Positions 1 to 12,963 of a stretch of DNA of 64,000 bases are shown here, in pieces. The first letter of the stretch is position 1. Each line of letters starts with the position of its first letter. A program made the position numbers and the translations under genes. This stretch comes from Balanoglossus misakiensis (Eukaryota; Animalia; Hemichordata): assembly GCA_040954595.2 (NCBI GenBank), contig CM082588.2, forward strand, positions 1,867,027 to 1,931,026. The letters are read 5' to 3'. The notes beneath the pieces are model-generated. The model saw only the letters and a list, made by a program, of their open reading frames with translations. It did not search any database and was not told the origin of the DNA.

Positions 1-105
1 ACAAGAAACCATGCCATGCGAGTTTACAGCCTGAACAAATCACCAGTTACAGCCTCAGTGTACTACTGGTTGTCCAGTTTTCTAATAAACAGCCTCCAGC
101 AACAC

Positions 106-410
106 AGAGGGAAACCCTTACAGCCTAAGGAGCCCTAATTCAAAGAGGGAAACCCTTACAGCCTAAGGGGCCCTAATTCAAAGAGGGAAACCCTTTCAGC
201 CTAAGGGGCCTTAATTCAAAGAGGGAAACCCTTTCAGCCTAAGGGGCATTAATTCAAAGAGGGAAACCCTTTCAGCCTAAGGGGCATTAATTCAAAGAGG
301 GAAACCCTTTCAGCCTAAGGGGCCTTAATTCAAAGAGGGAAACCCTTTCAGCCTAAGGGGCATTAATTCAAAGAGGGAAACCCTTTCAGCCTAAGGGGCC
401 TTAATTCAAA
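106..410. repeat. Tandem minisatellite, 8 copies of a 38-bp unit (AGAGGGAAACCCTTTCAGCCTAAGGGGCCTTAATTCAA)
   Basis: Units start at 106, 144, 182, 220, 258, 296, 334 and 372 and differ by only a few substitutions. There are no unique spacers. Each unit has an internal AGGG-AAA-CCCT inverted repeat. Confidence 0.95.
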
Positions 411-1219
411 GTACAGTTTTCAGCCAATCACTTCACAGCCTGGGGTCGCCTTAACTATAATATACGCTCAAAAAGCAAAACAAAAGTGAACAGTATTTTT
501 TTTACAAATGCGTAGCATTCACAAGAACAACTGTATATCAAAAATGTAGAAATTCACAATTATAAAACACTGTCCAATATATAAATCTGATGTACAAACC
601 AAACATCAAAGTATCAATGTGATTAAATATTTGTATCCCCACTAGGTACAATATTGTTTACTTCAATAATAAATAATCATTTGAAAAATAGTGTAAATTT
701 TTAATAATCAATATATGTAATGTTTTTTTAAAAATTAATGACTGAATTTATCACCATTTCCAGGCTCACTGGACTGGTTTAGTTGTGTTAATTTTGACAA
801 AAATGGTTGGATACACTGTAGGTATGTGTTGTCTGTGTAAATGTTCAGAAAGCACACTGCTAAAACGTAAACAGTGATAGCCTCATCAGCGTACAATGAC
901 TTCGTAAAACTTCAGTTCTGAAGCAAAAAACACAACAATCTTCACAAAAACACATTTGAACACAAAAATACTCACAGCTGAGTAAAACGACACACGGTTT
1001 GAATTTGGTGTACAAAAGATTACATCACCAGTTGGCGTGTGGCATGTAATATATAAGGTGTTTTTTTTCTTGATACAAGACATTGGTATGCCTTTCTTTC
1101 AAACCATTTGTTTTCATATGCATCAATGTCGGAAAATGCACGTAACGGAGATAATAGTGATAAACAGACCGTAGTGTCACGATGTCTTCTTGTGCTGGTG
1201 TTGGTCATGCAGTTGTCTT

Positions 1220-4200
1220 TTATGAAACCTGTGTGTTGTTGAGACGGTAGTAGACTCCTTCCTTGGCGATCAGATCGTCGTGTTTGCCCTTCTCAACGAC
1301 CTTGCCATGTTGAATCACGAAGATCACATCAGCGTCCTGTATTGTGGACAGTCTGTGGGCGATGACAATACAGGTACGACCCTCACTGGCTTTATCCAAA
1401 GCCTCCTGCACCACCTGTTACAGCAGAAAGGAAAACATAGCCAAAACATGACCAGGATTTTTCCACAAAATGATTCTATGGAAAATAGAGCTCTTTCATT
1501 GTATAATTTTACACACATGTACCAGTGATTTGCACAAGGCATATGTACTGGCAATAGTAATTTTCACATGAAATAAATAAAAATATTTGATCAACAGTCT
1601 GACAACCATTAAATTAACAGACACAACTGACAAGGAATCACTGACAAGTGTGGAGCTGTCAGAAGCACCTGACCTGTCAACTTTGACCTCTTACCTTCTC
1701 ACTTTCTGTATCGAGAGCAGAAGTGGCCTCATCCAGGAGGAGAATCTTGGGGTTTCTGACAAGAGCACGGGCAATAGCCACTCTCTGCTTCTGACCTCCA
1801 GACAGTTGGGTGCCCTTATCTCCGACTTTGGTTTCGTAACCCTGGAGACAAAACAAACACAAGCATGTTTATTATAAGGTGTTTGTGTTTTAATAAAAGA
1901 ATCATGAGTATGCACACTGCATGTGTTTAACCAGAAACCACATGGTTCTCCCCTTACACATAGACAGGCTATACAAATATCCTCCCTGTCATATGTCCAA
2001 CATGTAAATATGGCATGGGAGCATAATACGCAAGTTCATGTACTTTATAAAAGGCCTAAGGCTGTGCAGATGAAGTGCAAAGGAATCAAAGGAGGGAGGA
2101 AAATGACTAAGGCAGGAGAGATCCATATTTCTTGATAATTATACTCACTAATGGCAGAGTATTGATGAAGTTGTGTATATTGGCGTTTTTGGCAGCCTCG
2201 ATGACTTCATCCATAGACACATCCCTGGAGTTGTCACCATACGCAATATTCTCAGCAATAGTGCAGTCGAACAAGATGGGTTCCTGTGACACAATACCGA
2301 TCTGTTTCCTCAGCCACTGGATGTTCAGTTCTGTCAAATCATGGCCGTCCAAGGTCTGCAAGAACAAAAGTGGGCAATCACTGGAAATGCTGAACAATGA
2401 TCATTGTAATGTACACGTAATTGAATTAAGAGTTACACGTAAAGTGCTGATGTCTGATGGTGGGGTACCCCCATTGTTTTTTTCCCTAGGGTCAATGTCT
2501 GTGATGCACCAAAGTAAAGCTACATACCACCTGTCCAGCAAGGGGATCATAGAATCTCTCTGTCAACTGAATGGCAGTACTCTTGCCACAACCGCTGCTG
2601 CCGACCAGAGCCACTCTCTGTCCCGGGTTGACTTTGAGTGCCAGACTTCTCAGCACTGGCATGTCTGGTCTGGTCGGGTAACGGAACTTCACGGTGTGGA
2701 ACTCTACCATGGAGTTGCACTCGTCCTGAAACCAAGTTTCCATGCAGATTATAAGATATGCAGTACGGAAAACGTGTTCTTGGTAACATATAGGCTCATC
2801 TTTCACCCTAGTGATGATAATGAACTTGCTATGTATGTCGAGATTGGGTGTTCATAATCTTTCAATAGCAACCTAGGCATGCAATGAACCCTTTGGAACC
2901 GCCTGAAAATTCCAGTTTCCCAGATATATACTTACAGGTGTGATTCCATCAGTATTGCTGCTGTCTATTTCCGGTTTCCTATCCAGCAGTTGAAAGATGT
3001 TGTTGGAAGCAACCTTGGCCTTGGCAGCATCTGGAGCGAAGGCACTGGCCTGACCCAAAGCCATGGCACCAAAGGCTATAGCTGAGAACACTCTGTGCAA
3101 CAGTAGGGGTAAAAACAAAAACATTGGAAGGGTTAAGTACTAGCTTTTGGTGTAAAAATTGAACAAGTCTACATGTGGATTTATACTAGCATGTCCTGTT
3201 TTATACCACACACTCTTAAGCACCCATCTGTTAAAATTATAATTCGTAATAAGCCACACTGTTGAGAATGGTGAATCTTTGATACTCACAAGAAGACATC
3301 CTCAAAGGTCATTTCGCCCAACTCTATCATCCAGGCACCAAATCTGAACGCCACGGCGTGGACCAGGAAGACCACACCCTGAGCGAATCCAGACGCCAGA
3401 CCGAATACATGGGCTTTCTTCAAGGCGTCTTTGTGTGGAGCGTGCAGCAGGTCGTGGTAGAGCTGATAGAAAGTCTTCTCTCGGGTCAGTGATGCTACTG
3501 TTCTCATATTCTCAATAGATTCCGAGGCAACCTGTGGAGGAGGAGGATGATAATGATGATGATGAAAATAAATTTCTTTGGACACTGATTTCATAAGGAT
3601 TCCTTGGAACTATTAAGCGATTAAATACCTTGCCAGCATCTTCTAGAGCATCTTGGTCCGAGGTAGCATACCCAGCCAACATTTTCATCTGAAGAAATCC
3701 ACCGATGGCCATGAACGGTACACAGGCCAACACTACCAAGGTCATCTGCCATCCAAAGTAGAAGGCTATGATGATGCCGGTCCCCATGTTGGCTATGTTC
3801 TGCACAAGTGTGGCGATACGGATTCCTGCAGCCTGGGAAATAGAGACAAAGAATCCAAGATATTAATTTTCCACTCAAATTAAATTTCTCATAATTTGAA
3901 CAGCTGATAAGTGTGCACTTATCAAGTCCAAGGTGATTTCAAACTCAATATCAATGGAGTTGGACCAAACCATGGTGATAAAATTTCAACTCATATTCAT
4001 GTGTTATTCTGAGAACTCATGATGCTATCAACACCAATGATACACTCACCCCTTGAACCATGGACGCATCAGAAGCAAGTCGAGTGGTCAATGCACCAGT
4101 ACTGTTCTTCTTGTCATCAAACCAGCCAATCTCCTGCAACAACACACATGCAGAGAATCGTTGTCATGCTCACAATACAATGTACTTTCTTGACATATAA

Positions 4201-7200
4201 GCTGTCAATCCAATCCACCTTCCTTTGATTAATACCACTAAACAATATATACATGTACCAACCTGTTTGAGCATTGCTTGGAATGACTGGTATCGCATTC
4301 GGAGTGTTAGTTCCTCTCCTGACTTTCCAAACATGGATGACTGCAAAAAAAAACAACCCAACAGATTACAAAGATGAATCAACTGAGAAGTATCTGAGTA
4401 AGTCACCAATCTCCATGTCACCTCTATGGAGAACAAATAATAAAGTGCAAATTACAATACCTGAAGGACGAATCCCAAGCCAGACACCACACCAAGGGCA
4501 CAGAAAAGTATACAGAATATTGCAACGTCATCCATAATTTCATCCTCTGGTTTGGCAAAAACCTGCAAGAGATAATTTCTTTGATTATAATAAGATAATC
4601 CACAAATGGCATCACAAAAGCATTAAGAGGAGGGAAAATAATCAGTTCCTACATTTATATAGAGCATGTACCCACAATTGTAATCTATAGGCACGTAACA
4701 ACAATATTGCAATAAAATTGCATTGTAACATGCCTGCATACTACACTAGGGGTCACCTCCTCCAAAGAACCCATACTTACAGCTATAATTTTGCTGAAAA
4801 TCACAGCAAATGCAGGTTGTACAGCTCCATTGATAATGGCTGCAAACGTTCCAAGTAAGATGTAGGGCCACTCGGGTGAGTTCATTTTCATGATGCGCGT
4901 GAAACCAACTTCTGGTGCTTTCTCTTCCTCTTCCTACAAGATACAACCACAAGATTATTATAGAATGATTCCCCACCATCATCTATGTGCATTGCTCCCG
5001 TGATTTCTGAAATTTGCTGGGATATGGTGGTCTGTGGCACTGAATATTGTAGGGCTCACCTCTTTCTTGTCAGTGTCGGATTTCCTGGAGTCATGGGACA
5101 ATGCCCGGGATAGCTTCTTCTTCATGGAATCTCTGCCGGACTCGTTGCGTTCAAGAGCCATGCCTGAGATAGGGCGCTTCACGAAATCATCGTCATCTTC
5201 TGAGGAGTTAGAAAAAAAAGTGGAATTGAAATGTACAGCACAAGATTTCTGCATTTTCTACTTTCAAACAAGTCCTCATCTTGACTTTGAGATATGGAGG
5301 ACACACCTACTTATTGAATAAATTATTTCCCTATGTTCTTCTACAAGATCAACAACTAACAAGTTGAACTATATAATATGTAGCTTAAAATGTATTTTTG
5401 TGTGTGTGAAAATGCAACATAAAATATCCATTTACAGACGACACATACATGTAAACCTTTACTGGAAATGAACAGTCAAAGACAAGACAAACATCACAGA
5501 TATAAGATAGCCACATTCTTTTGTAATTATGATTTCATGTCACAAAGAGAAGACAAGGCTTTGATCGGTTTTCTCCACCTCCTTTTTTAACCCTTTCATC
5601 CCCATTTCCCTGCAGAGAGGTCCAACTTTACCATAGAAAACAATGGGTTTGGACCAAACCACGGTGGAGAAAGGGTTAAAGGTTCCAACCATACTCTTGA
5701 AAACAAGAGGGTGAAAGACCATGTTGAGGGGATGATGAAAAGGTGAAAGGAAAGATATAACACACAAAAGAGGAGAGGGGGAAAGACCTAAAAGGATATG
5801 AGATACAGTCTTACTTACTGGTGACATGAATGTGTGCTAGTGTAGTATTGTACTGGACATTATATATAACAGACAACAACCCTTAGAGCTGTACACATAT
5901 TTTCATTGCGTTAATCAACTTACCACCTTCAGGTGTTTCGGCAGCTAATGTAGATAAAGAGTGGGGCATACAAGAAAAGCAATGCAAGAAAAACAGGAAA
6001 GGTTAACGTTAGAATGAGTGCCAGCATTTGTGACATGCCACTTTGACAGCTGCACTGAGCACAAGGTCAGGTTCACCTGGAGGTTTCTGTACTTGAGAGA
6101 TGGCAGGCAGATGATAGTGTCTGTGTGCACACACTGCTTATTAACATTAGTGATTGCTATGTTTACAGGCCTCCCCTTTCAATTTTGCCCCTATTCCTTG
6201 AATAGAAAAGTCCTTCTGCAGCACATGGATCCATGGAGAGAATGCGAACTTGGTGCTTATACACTGTAGTTGTACCATCAATTTATTATCATCACTTTCA
6301 TTTGAACTTAAATTAAAGCAAAACTCTGATGACCAACAGTCCTGCTTTTTTACCAAGCATAGCTGGAAATTTTTTTCCTCAAGTGCAAAAGTTATAATCA
6401 TGTACTACGAAGATGACAAACTTTATTTCTTTCATGACAGCATGATTATGGCAACATTTTTGATCAGTATGAAAACCAAGGACCCAGGCTCTGTTAGACG
6501 GCCATGCAAAGCTCGTTCCTTGACAGAGACAGTTCCAAAAGTCTGTGGATTCTACCATACAATGTTGACTTTGACTCATTACAATAAGGTGTACACAAAG
6601 AAGACGGACATGTACATAACACTGGTGTGTGGTGTATTTGACATGTTTGTAATGGAGTGCTTCCCGGAGGGATTCCAGAGTGTTCTCGATAATTCCATCA
6701 CGAGTTGAACAGATTTGGGCACCATGGTTTGTTTGGTAACAAAAGGTTGTTTGCACATATACCGTTATGCATTAAGTGTGATTTAATTTTTTTATCCGGC
6801 CTCCTCTGACAGACCATAACCATGTTGAACCAGATGAAGAATCAAGTACACACTGACAAACACAAATATTTGATGTCATGTGATTATCATGTGATGGGAC
6901 ATGTGACAAGCCGTGTGACAATATCTTTCTGACAGCAACATCTCTGAGGCTGTAGTCTGGACGGTGCCCACCACTAACATTCTTATCTAGGTGAAGAGAA
7001 TTACACCGTCTCCGGCCCTTGCAACTTACCCATCTTCAACAATTTGCCTGCTAGTGTTGCGTGGTTGATAAGTTATAAGATAAAAAGCGATGTCAGAAGC
7101 ACAAATTATATAAAGCATGACAGCAAAGGCTAGAGAAAGAAAACTAGAAGCAAAGTACTGCATGCAAAATACACAATATGTAACCATAGAAACAGCAAAT

Positions 7201-10200
7201 GGAAAGCAATGACTTGCAAAGCAAAGCAAAGCAAAGCATGCAGCAAAGAAAAGAAGACAGGCAAGCAGTAAGCAGCAGTCTTGTAAGGTTGTTTCTGATT
7301 GGTCAGTTCCATTGTCAATTCACTGACATGATATTCTGTAACCTATGAGGATGGGACTTCCGAGGTGCTGCAGCACTCTTGTCCCAAGACACGCAGATGT
7401 GTAATTGGTAAACAAAGTGAAACTTGATGTGATGACAGAAGGAAAGAAAACAGTACAGTCATCGCCATATTAAGAATTATGAAAATTGTGTTATTTTTAA
7501 AGAGATATGTTTTTCAGAGTACTCTATAGAGAGTGCATTTATAATAGTCCAGTAAAGTTTGCCATTGTGACCTTTTATACCATAGTGTGTATGCTAAGTC
7601 ATAATTTTGCAATCTATTTTACATTCCCACCTGAAACATGCCACAATTTCACCCTATAGGGTCAGATGTAGCAAGTTCTATAGGATGAACATGTCAGATT
7701 CTACAGGACCACACAGCTGGCTCAATAAAATCAGACTCAGTATGCCTACTAGTACTATAGGATTAGCACAACAGGAAAGAAGAGAAAGAATACTATCTAG
7801 AGCAAGTTGAAGAGGATTTCTGCGTTATTTTCTGAGTTACTTTTGTAACCCAATTCTTCTGTTTGATACGAACCTTCATCGCTGCTGTCTTCGTCTTTCT
7901 GTTTGGTTTGCATCATGACCAGTTGGTAATACACTCCCTCCGAGGACATGAGTGCGTCATGGTTACCTTCTTCCACAATCTCGCCGTTCTGGACAGCACA
8001 GATCTTGTCCGCATTTCTGATGGTCGACAGTCGGTGGGCAATCACAAGTGTTGTTCTTCCCACACTTGCCTGTCAAAAGTCATGTGGAGATAGATTGTAG
8101 GGTTGAGCAGATCATCACTAGTCTGTCCGGCCCGCCTGTCAATATTTCTTTGATTAGTCCGTTGTTTCTATCAGGGTTGTTATAGCCAAATTACTAGCCT
8201 CTGTGTTTGTCCATCCATCCATCCAACCAAGCAACCCTTCATAATCCCTATCACCAACCCAACCCAACCCAACCCACCCATCATTAACCCAGTACATTGG
8301 GCAGGGTACACCACCCTTGCCTACCACAGAGCTAAGCCAACTAACCTTGTCCAAGGCAGCCTGCACAGTAGATTCACTCTCAGTATCCAACGCAGATGTA
8401 GCCTCGTCCAGTAACAGCACCTTAGGATCTCTGACCAAGGCCCTGGCAATGGCCACTCTCTGCTTCTGGCCGCCAGATAGCTGGGCACCTCGCTCTCCAA
8501 CCAGAGTCTCATACGCCTGTGTCATAACACACAAGAAGACATCATCAACTTCTCTGATCTTGGAGGTGAAAAGTATCCATACTGATACAATACAAAGATC
8601 TGTTCCAACAAGTTTTTTTATAGGTGTGAATGGGTTTGAAAGATGTATATAACACAGAAACAAATGGAGTGTTTGTGATCAGACTTACGTCAGGTAGCCC
8701 TGAGATGAAATCATGACAGTTGGCTTCTTTGCAAGCTTGCTCAATCTCTGCCTGGGTTACATCTGCTCTTCCATATCGGATATTGTCAGCAATAGTTGTT
8801 CCGAACAAAATGGGTTCTTGACTCACAACACCGATATGCTCACGCAGCCAGCTGATGTTCATGTCTCTGACATCTTTGCCGTCAATTCGGACCTGAAACA
8901 TCAAACATTGTCTGGATTACTGGTTTGTGATGGTGATTGTACTGTACAGTTATTCACGACTGTTGTGGCTTCCACCCCCAGTTCTGTCTTTAGAGGTCCA
9001 ACCTTACCATAGAAAACAATGGGTTTGGACTGAACCATGGCGGTGAAAGGGGTACTGGACAAGTTTGTTACTCACACTTCCATCAGCAACGTCGTAAAAT
9101 CTCTGAATCAACTGCACCGCAGTACTCTTTCCGCAACCACTAGAGCCAACCAAGGCAACCGTCTGACCCACTTTCACGGTCAAGTTCATACCCTGCAGTA
9201 CCTGTTATACAAGCCAGATAAGCCAAAGTGTGTTTAGTACATGTTGATATAATTTTTACACATCTCAGTTCAAGTTAACCTTTGACATTCAAATACAGAT
9301 AGATTGCCTCATTTATGAGACTTTGAAAGACATTTTTACCTTCACAGTTTCTCGGGATGGGTACTGGAAATGGACATTTTCGAATTCTATATTTCCTTCG
9401 ATTTCTGGCTTCTCGCCCTCAGTGCTGCTACTGTCAATTGGTGGTTCCTATGGAAACGTACAGAAAAACACAGGGTTTTCATTGTGGTATAACTGAACGT
9501 AATCTGTTACGATATAATCATTATGTGAGAGATATAATGAGACTTTTTCGATGTCCAGTCATCCTGCAAAGAGGACAGAGACAAGGATGAGACTTACACG
9601 ATCAATGATCTCCCAAATATGGGCAGCAGCACCTCGAGCAGTTGCGATGTCACCGATAGAGGGCGATGCATTTCCCAGTGAGAACGCGCCGATCAAGACA
9701 GCAAAGAATACCTGGAATTGAGCCAATAAAAAACATCGCATGTAGAAGCCAAGTAAATATATAGGATGTATACTGTGTAAATGTTTGTGAAACTTTCTTG
9801 TCACATTAGTTCCTGTTGTAAAGTCAAGTCTTCCGCTCCAAAGCATCATGAACGCGCCCCCTAGTGTCTGAAATTGCTTGCAGGAATTGATTTTGTTTCA
9901 CGGCTGACTTCAATTGTTCTGTGATCCAGTTCAATGACCCATTCGTGAAGTACACACTCACCGTCAGCATACTGCCCACTGTGTAATCATCACCGGGCTC
10001 AAGGATAAGTGTGGTACCATACCTGAAAGGAAGACAGTTTCAGTAAAATCCAGAGCCGTTCACATTACCCTAAAAAGTAAAAGTGGGATTAAATGGGACA
10101 TGTTTGCTTCAAATAATGACAAAAAGGGCAGTCTATAAGCACAATAAACTCACCAGAATCCCAAGGCGTAGGTACAGAACACAAGTAGGAAGGTGACGCC

Positions 10201-12908
10201 CATGCCAGCACCTTGAACCAACCCCTTCTTGACACCAACTTTCTTTGCCGACAGTAGATTTACACGGTACCTGTTGAAAACAACATGCATGCTCATTTAA
10301 TTATCGTCTACTTTCTAGAGTTTTAAGAAAATATGCAAACTTAACCTGTGCCACCTCAGAAATGACAGTTGGAAACATAATTTTGATCTGATCTGATCTG
10401 TACTGTACCTTTCAGTTTCTTTGTGTTCTCCACCAAAGGCAGCCACTGTTCTGATAGCTGACAAGACTTCCTCCGCAACGGCCCCAGCCTTGGCGTATGA
10501 ATCTAACTCTGTTGTTGTCATGGTGGTCACCATCTGGAGTTAGGAGACAGCAATATCAAACAAGTCCGGTTAGATTCTGAATGCAATGTATATCACCAAT
10601 TTTATATCTGTTATATGAAACTTTGTACTGCATGCCATAAACTAAAAGAGCCAACAGAAATGTCAGGAATGAGATTCTTTTTCATTTTCCATGGAGATTG
10701 TTCACCTTACAAAACCAAACCAAACCAAACAGACTGTTCTTTACCTTGGTCATAATAAATGCAGCTACAGCCAAGAGTGGACTGACAGCCAGGATGACAA
10801 GGGTCAATTCCCAGCCATAGATGAATCCCACCACAAAGCCAGCTATGAAAGCTGTGAAGTACTGCACAAAGTTGCCAAACTTGTCCCCTATGCCTGATTT
10901 GATCTTGTTGATGTCTCTGTGAATGTGAGAAGGGTTTTGTGGGTGTTAGTTATTGAAGAAGTGTTTTGTATCCTGCAGTACCTGTCTTTAAATATTCTTT
11001 ATTTATCAAAATAATTGAGTTAAAATTCTTCAAGAGCAGTTTGCCCTCTAACAAACATAATTTTTAAAAGCTTTAATCAATTTGAGGATTTCTAGTAATA
11101 GTCATGGTCAGCCCTATACTTTTGCATGTACTGTGGAAAAATTTCTAGAGTCACCAGTGAGTTTGTTGAGTCAGTGGTGTGTCATATAGGCTTAGAGGAC
11201 ACACTTGTCAAGAGGAGACTTACTCTGAGAGTCGCGATGTCAGTTCTCCACTGGGGTTGGTATCAAACCAGCCAATGTTCTGTCGCATGATAGCCTGGAA
11301 AAACCTGGTGCGAACAGAGAAGCCCTGTCTTTCTGCTGTTATCGTCAGACAGGTGACCTGACAGTAGGCAGCCACGAACACGCCACAACCAATGGCCACA
11401 AAGTACAGGGAATACCGGTTCATGTCTTTCAGAAAAATCTCCATCTGCTCACTGCAAGGGAAACGTCAGAATTCAAGACAGGTATGTTGGAAACTCATAC
11501 GAGAAATCTTATAGCAGGTGAGATATTAATTCCAACTGTATATAGCCTGCCCTGCAGTTTCAAGCTAGCCTTGTGTTGCATTCAAATCACTTTGCTATTG
11601 ACTTGACATTATAGCCACAGCATTGAAATCGTCTTTCAAATATTCTGCATACATACTCATAATAGTCTTCCAGCATGCTTTGATTAAACTGTGTCAGATT
11701 TACAGTGGGATCACCGCCAGATGTCACCAGAGAATCAGTCATACTGCCAAACACGATGATCATGAGGGGAAAAGCTGAGCCATGCACCATAGCCGCCACG
11801 AGGCCACAGATCACCAGGGCTATGTCTGTGCAGTCAGAGAATCGGTACTGCGAAGAAAAAAATATAAACAACTCATCATCTTGCTTTGGCCAAACTCCAT
11901 TGTTCTCAATGGTGCAATCGTTACTTCGTCACTTTTTACCTTAGTTTCAAACTAAAGAAGAAATGTGACAAACTTAAGATTGGTAATGAAAATTATCAGT
12001 CTAAAGTTAACAAGAGACTGCAATACTGTGCCTCCTGAATGGGAAAATTCAGAAGTTTCAATTATCTTAAAATGGGACGGCAATTGCCAGTACATAGAGG
12101 CTGAACTTACAAGGCTTCCAAATGACACCATCTTGACCTGTGTTTCTTCCTCTTTCCTGCAACAGCAAAATGGAATGATAATCATTTGCATTACCTTCTA
12201 TGGTAAAGGGGGACCTCTAGATAAGAAACTGGAGTGAAAGGGTTAAGGCAGGTACCAGTGGCAGTAGCAAGACTGCATGTGTCCACCTGCATATGGCTGT
12301 TACCAGTATAATTATAAAGAAATGATTATGCTGCAAAAACAGAAGAGACTACATGCATGGATGACAGATTTCAAATTCACTGCACATACTTTTTATCATC
12401 GTCGTCTCCTTTATCATCAGCCTCAGTCGCCTCCTCACCGACATTCCCATTTTCCACAACATGGTTGGACTTATCCGGAATGCCATTCCCATTGATTGCC
12501 GTCACTTCCAACACAGCCGGTTCATATTTCTTGTTAGGTGAACTCTGGTCACCAGCGATTGAGTTATAACTTGGAGGGGCTGCTTTCTCATCAAGACCTG
12601 GTACATATACAACACAGTTTATTAATTCTTGATTCAGGAATGAATGACTTTGGCTGCTGGAGTGGGGAATATATATTTTTTATGATTAAATTAAAACAAT
12701 TATGTACTGGATCAGGGCAGCTTAGTTCAGTTTGGTGCCAAAAAAAATAACTGTGCTGACTCAGGATGGAGAACAGAAATGAGAAGGTACCTGGGTCTTC
12801 CTGAGGTATGTAGCCTGATGTAGCAGGTGACAAGATGGAGTATGGAGAAACAAGAAAAAACTGTCATGATGAAGTAATGCGCCAAAAGAAAAACATACAA
12901 AATGCCAA

Positions 12909-12963
<55 letters not shown>

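Noticed and set aside
106-410. Possible CRISPR array (38-bp partly palindromic repeats)
   Set aside because: The units abut directly with no unique spacers, no cas genes are present, and the context is eukaryotic. It is a simple tandem repeat.
2132-2857. 241-aa + strand ORF
   Set aside because: Antisense shadow of ABCB1 NBD2 exons; no recognisable protein.
6763-6805. Additional AG..GT cassette (43 nt) in the ABCB1 linker intron
   Set aside because: Not a multiple of 3 and hits TAA after EEAG. A half-transporter or poison-exon role is unsupported. The 25-nt cassette near 7343-7367 is likewise frame-shifting.
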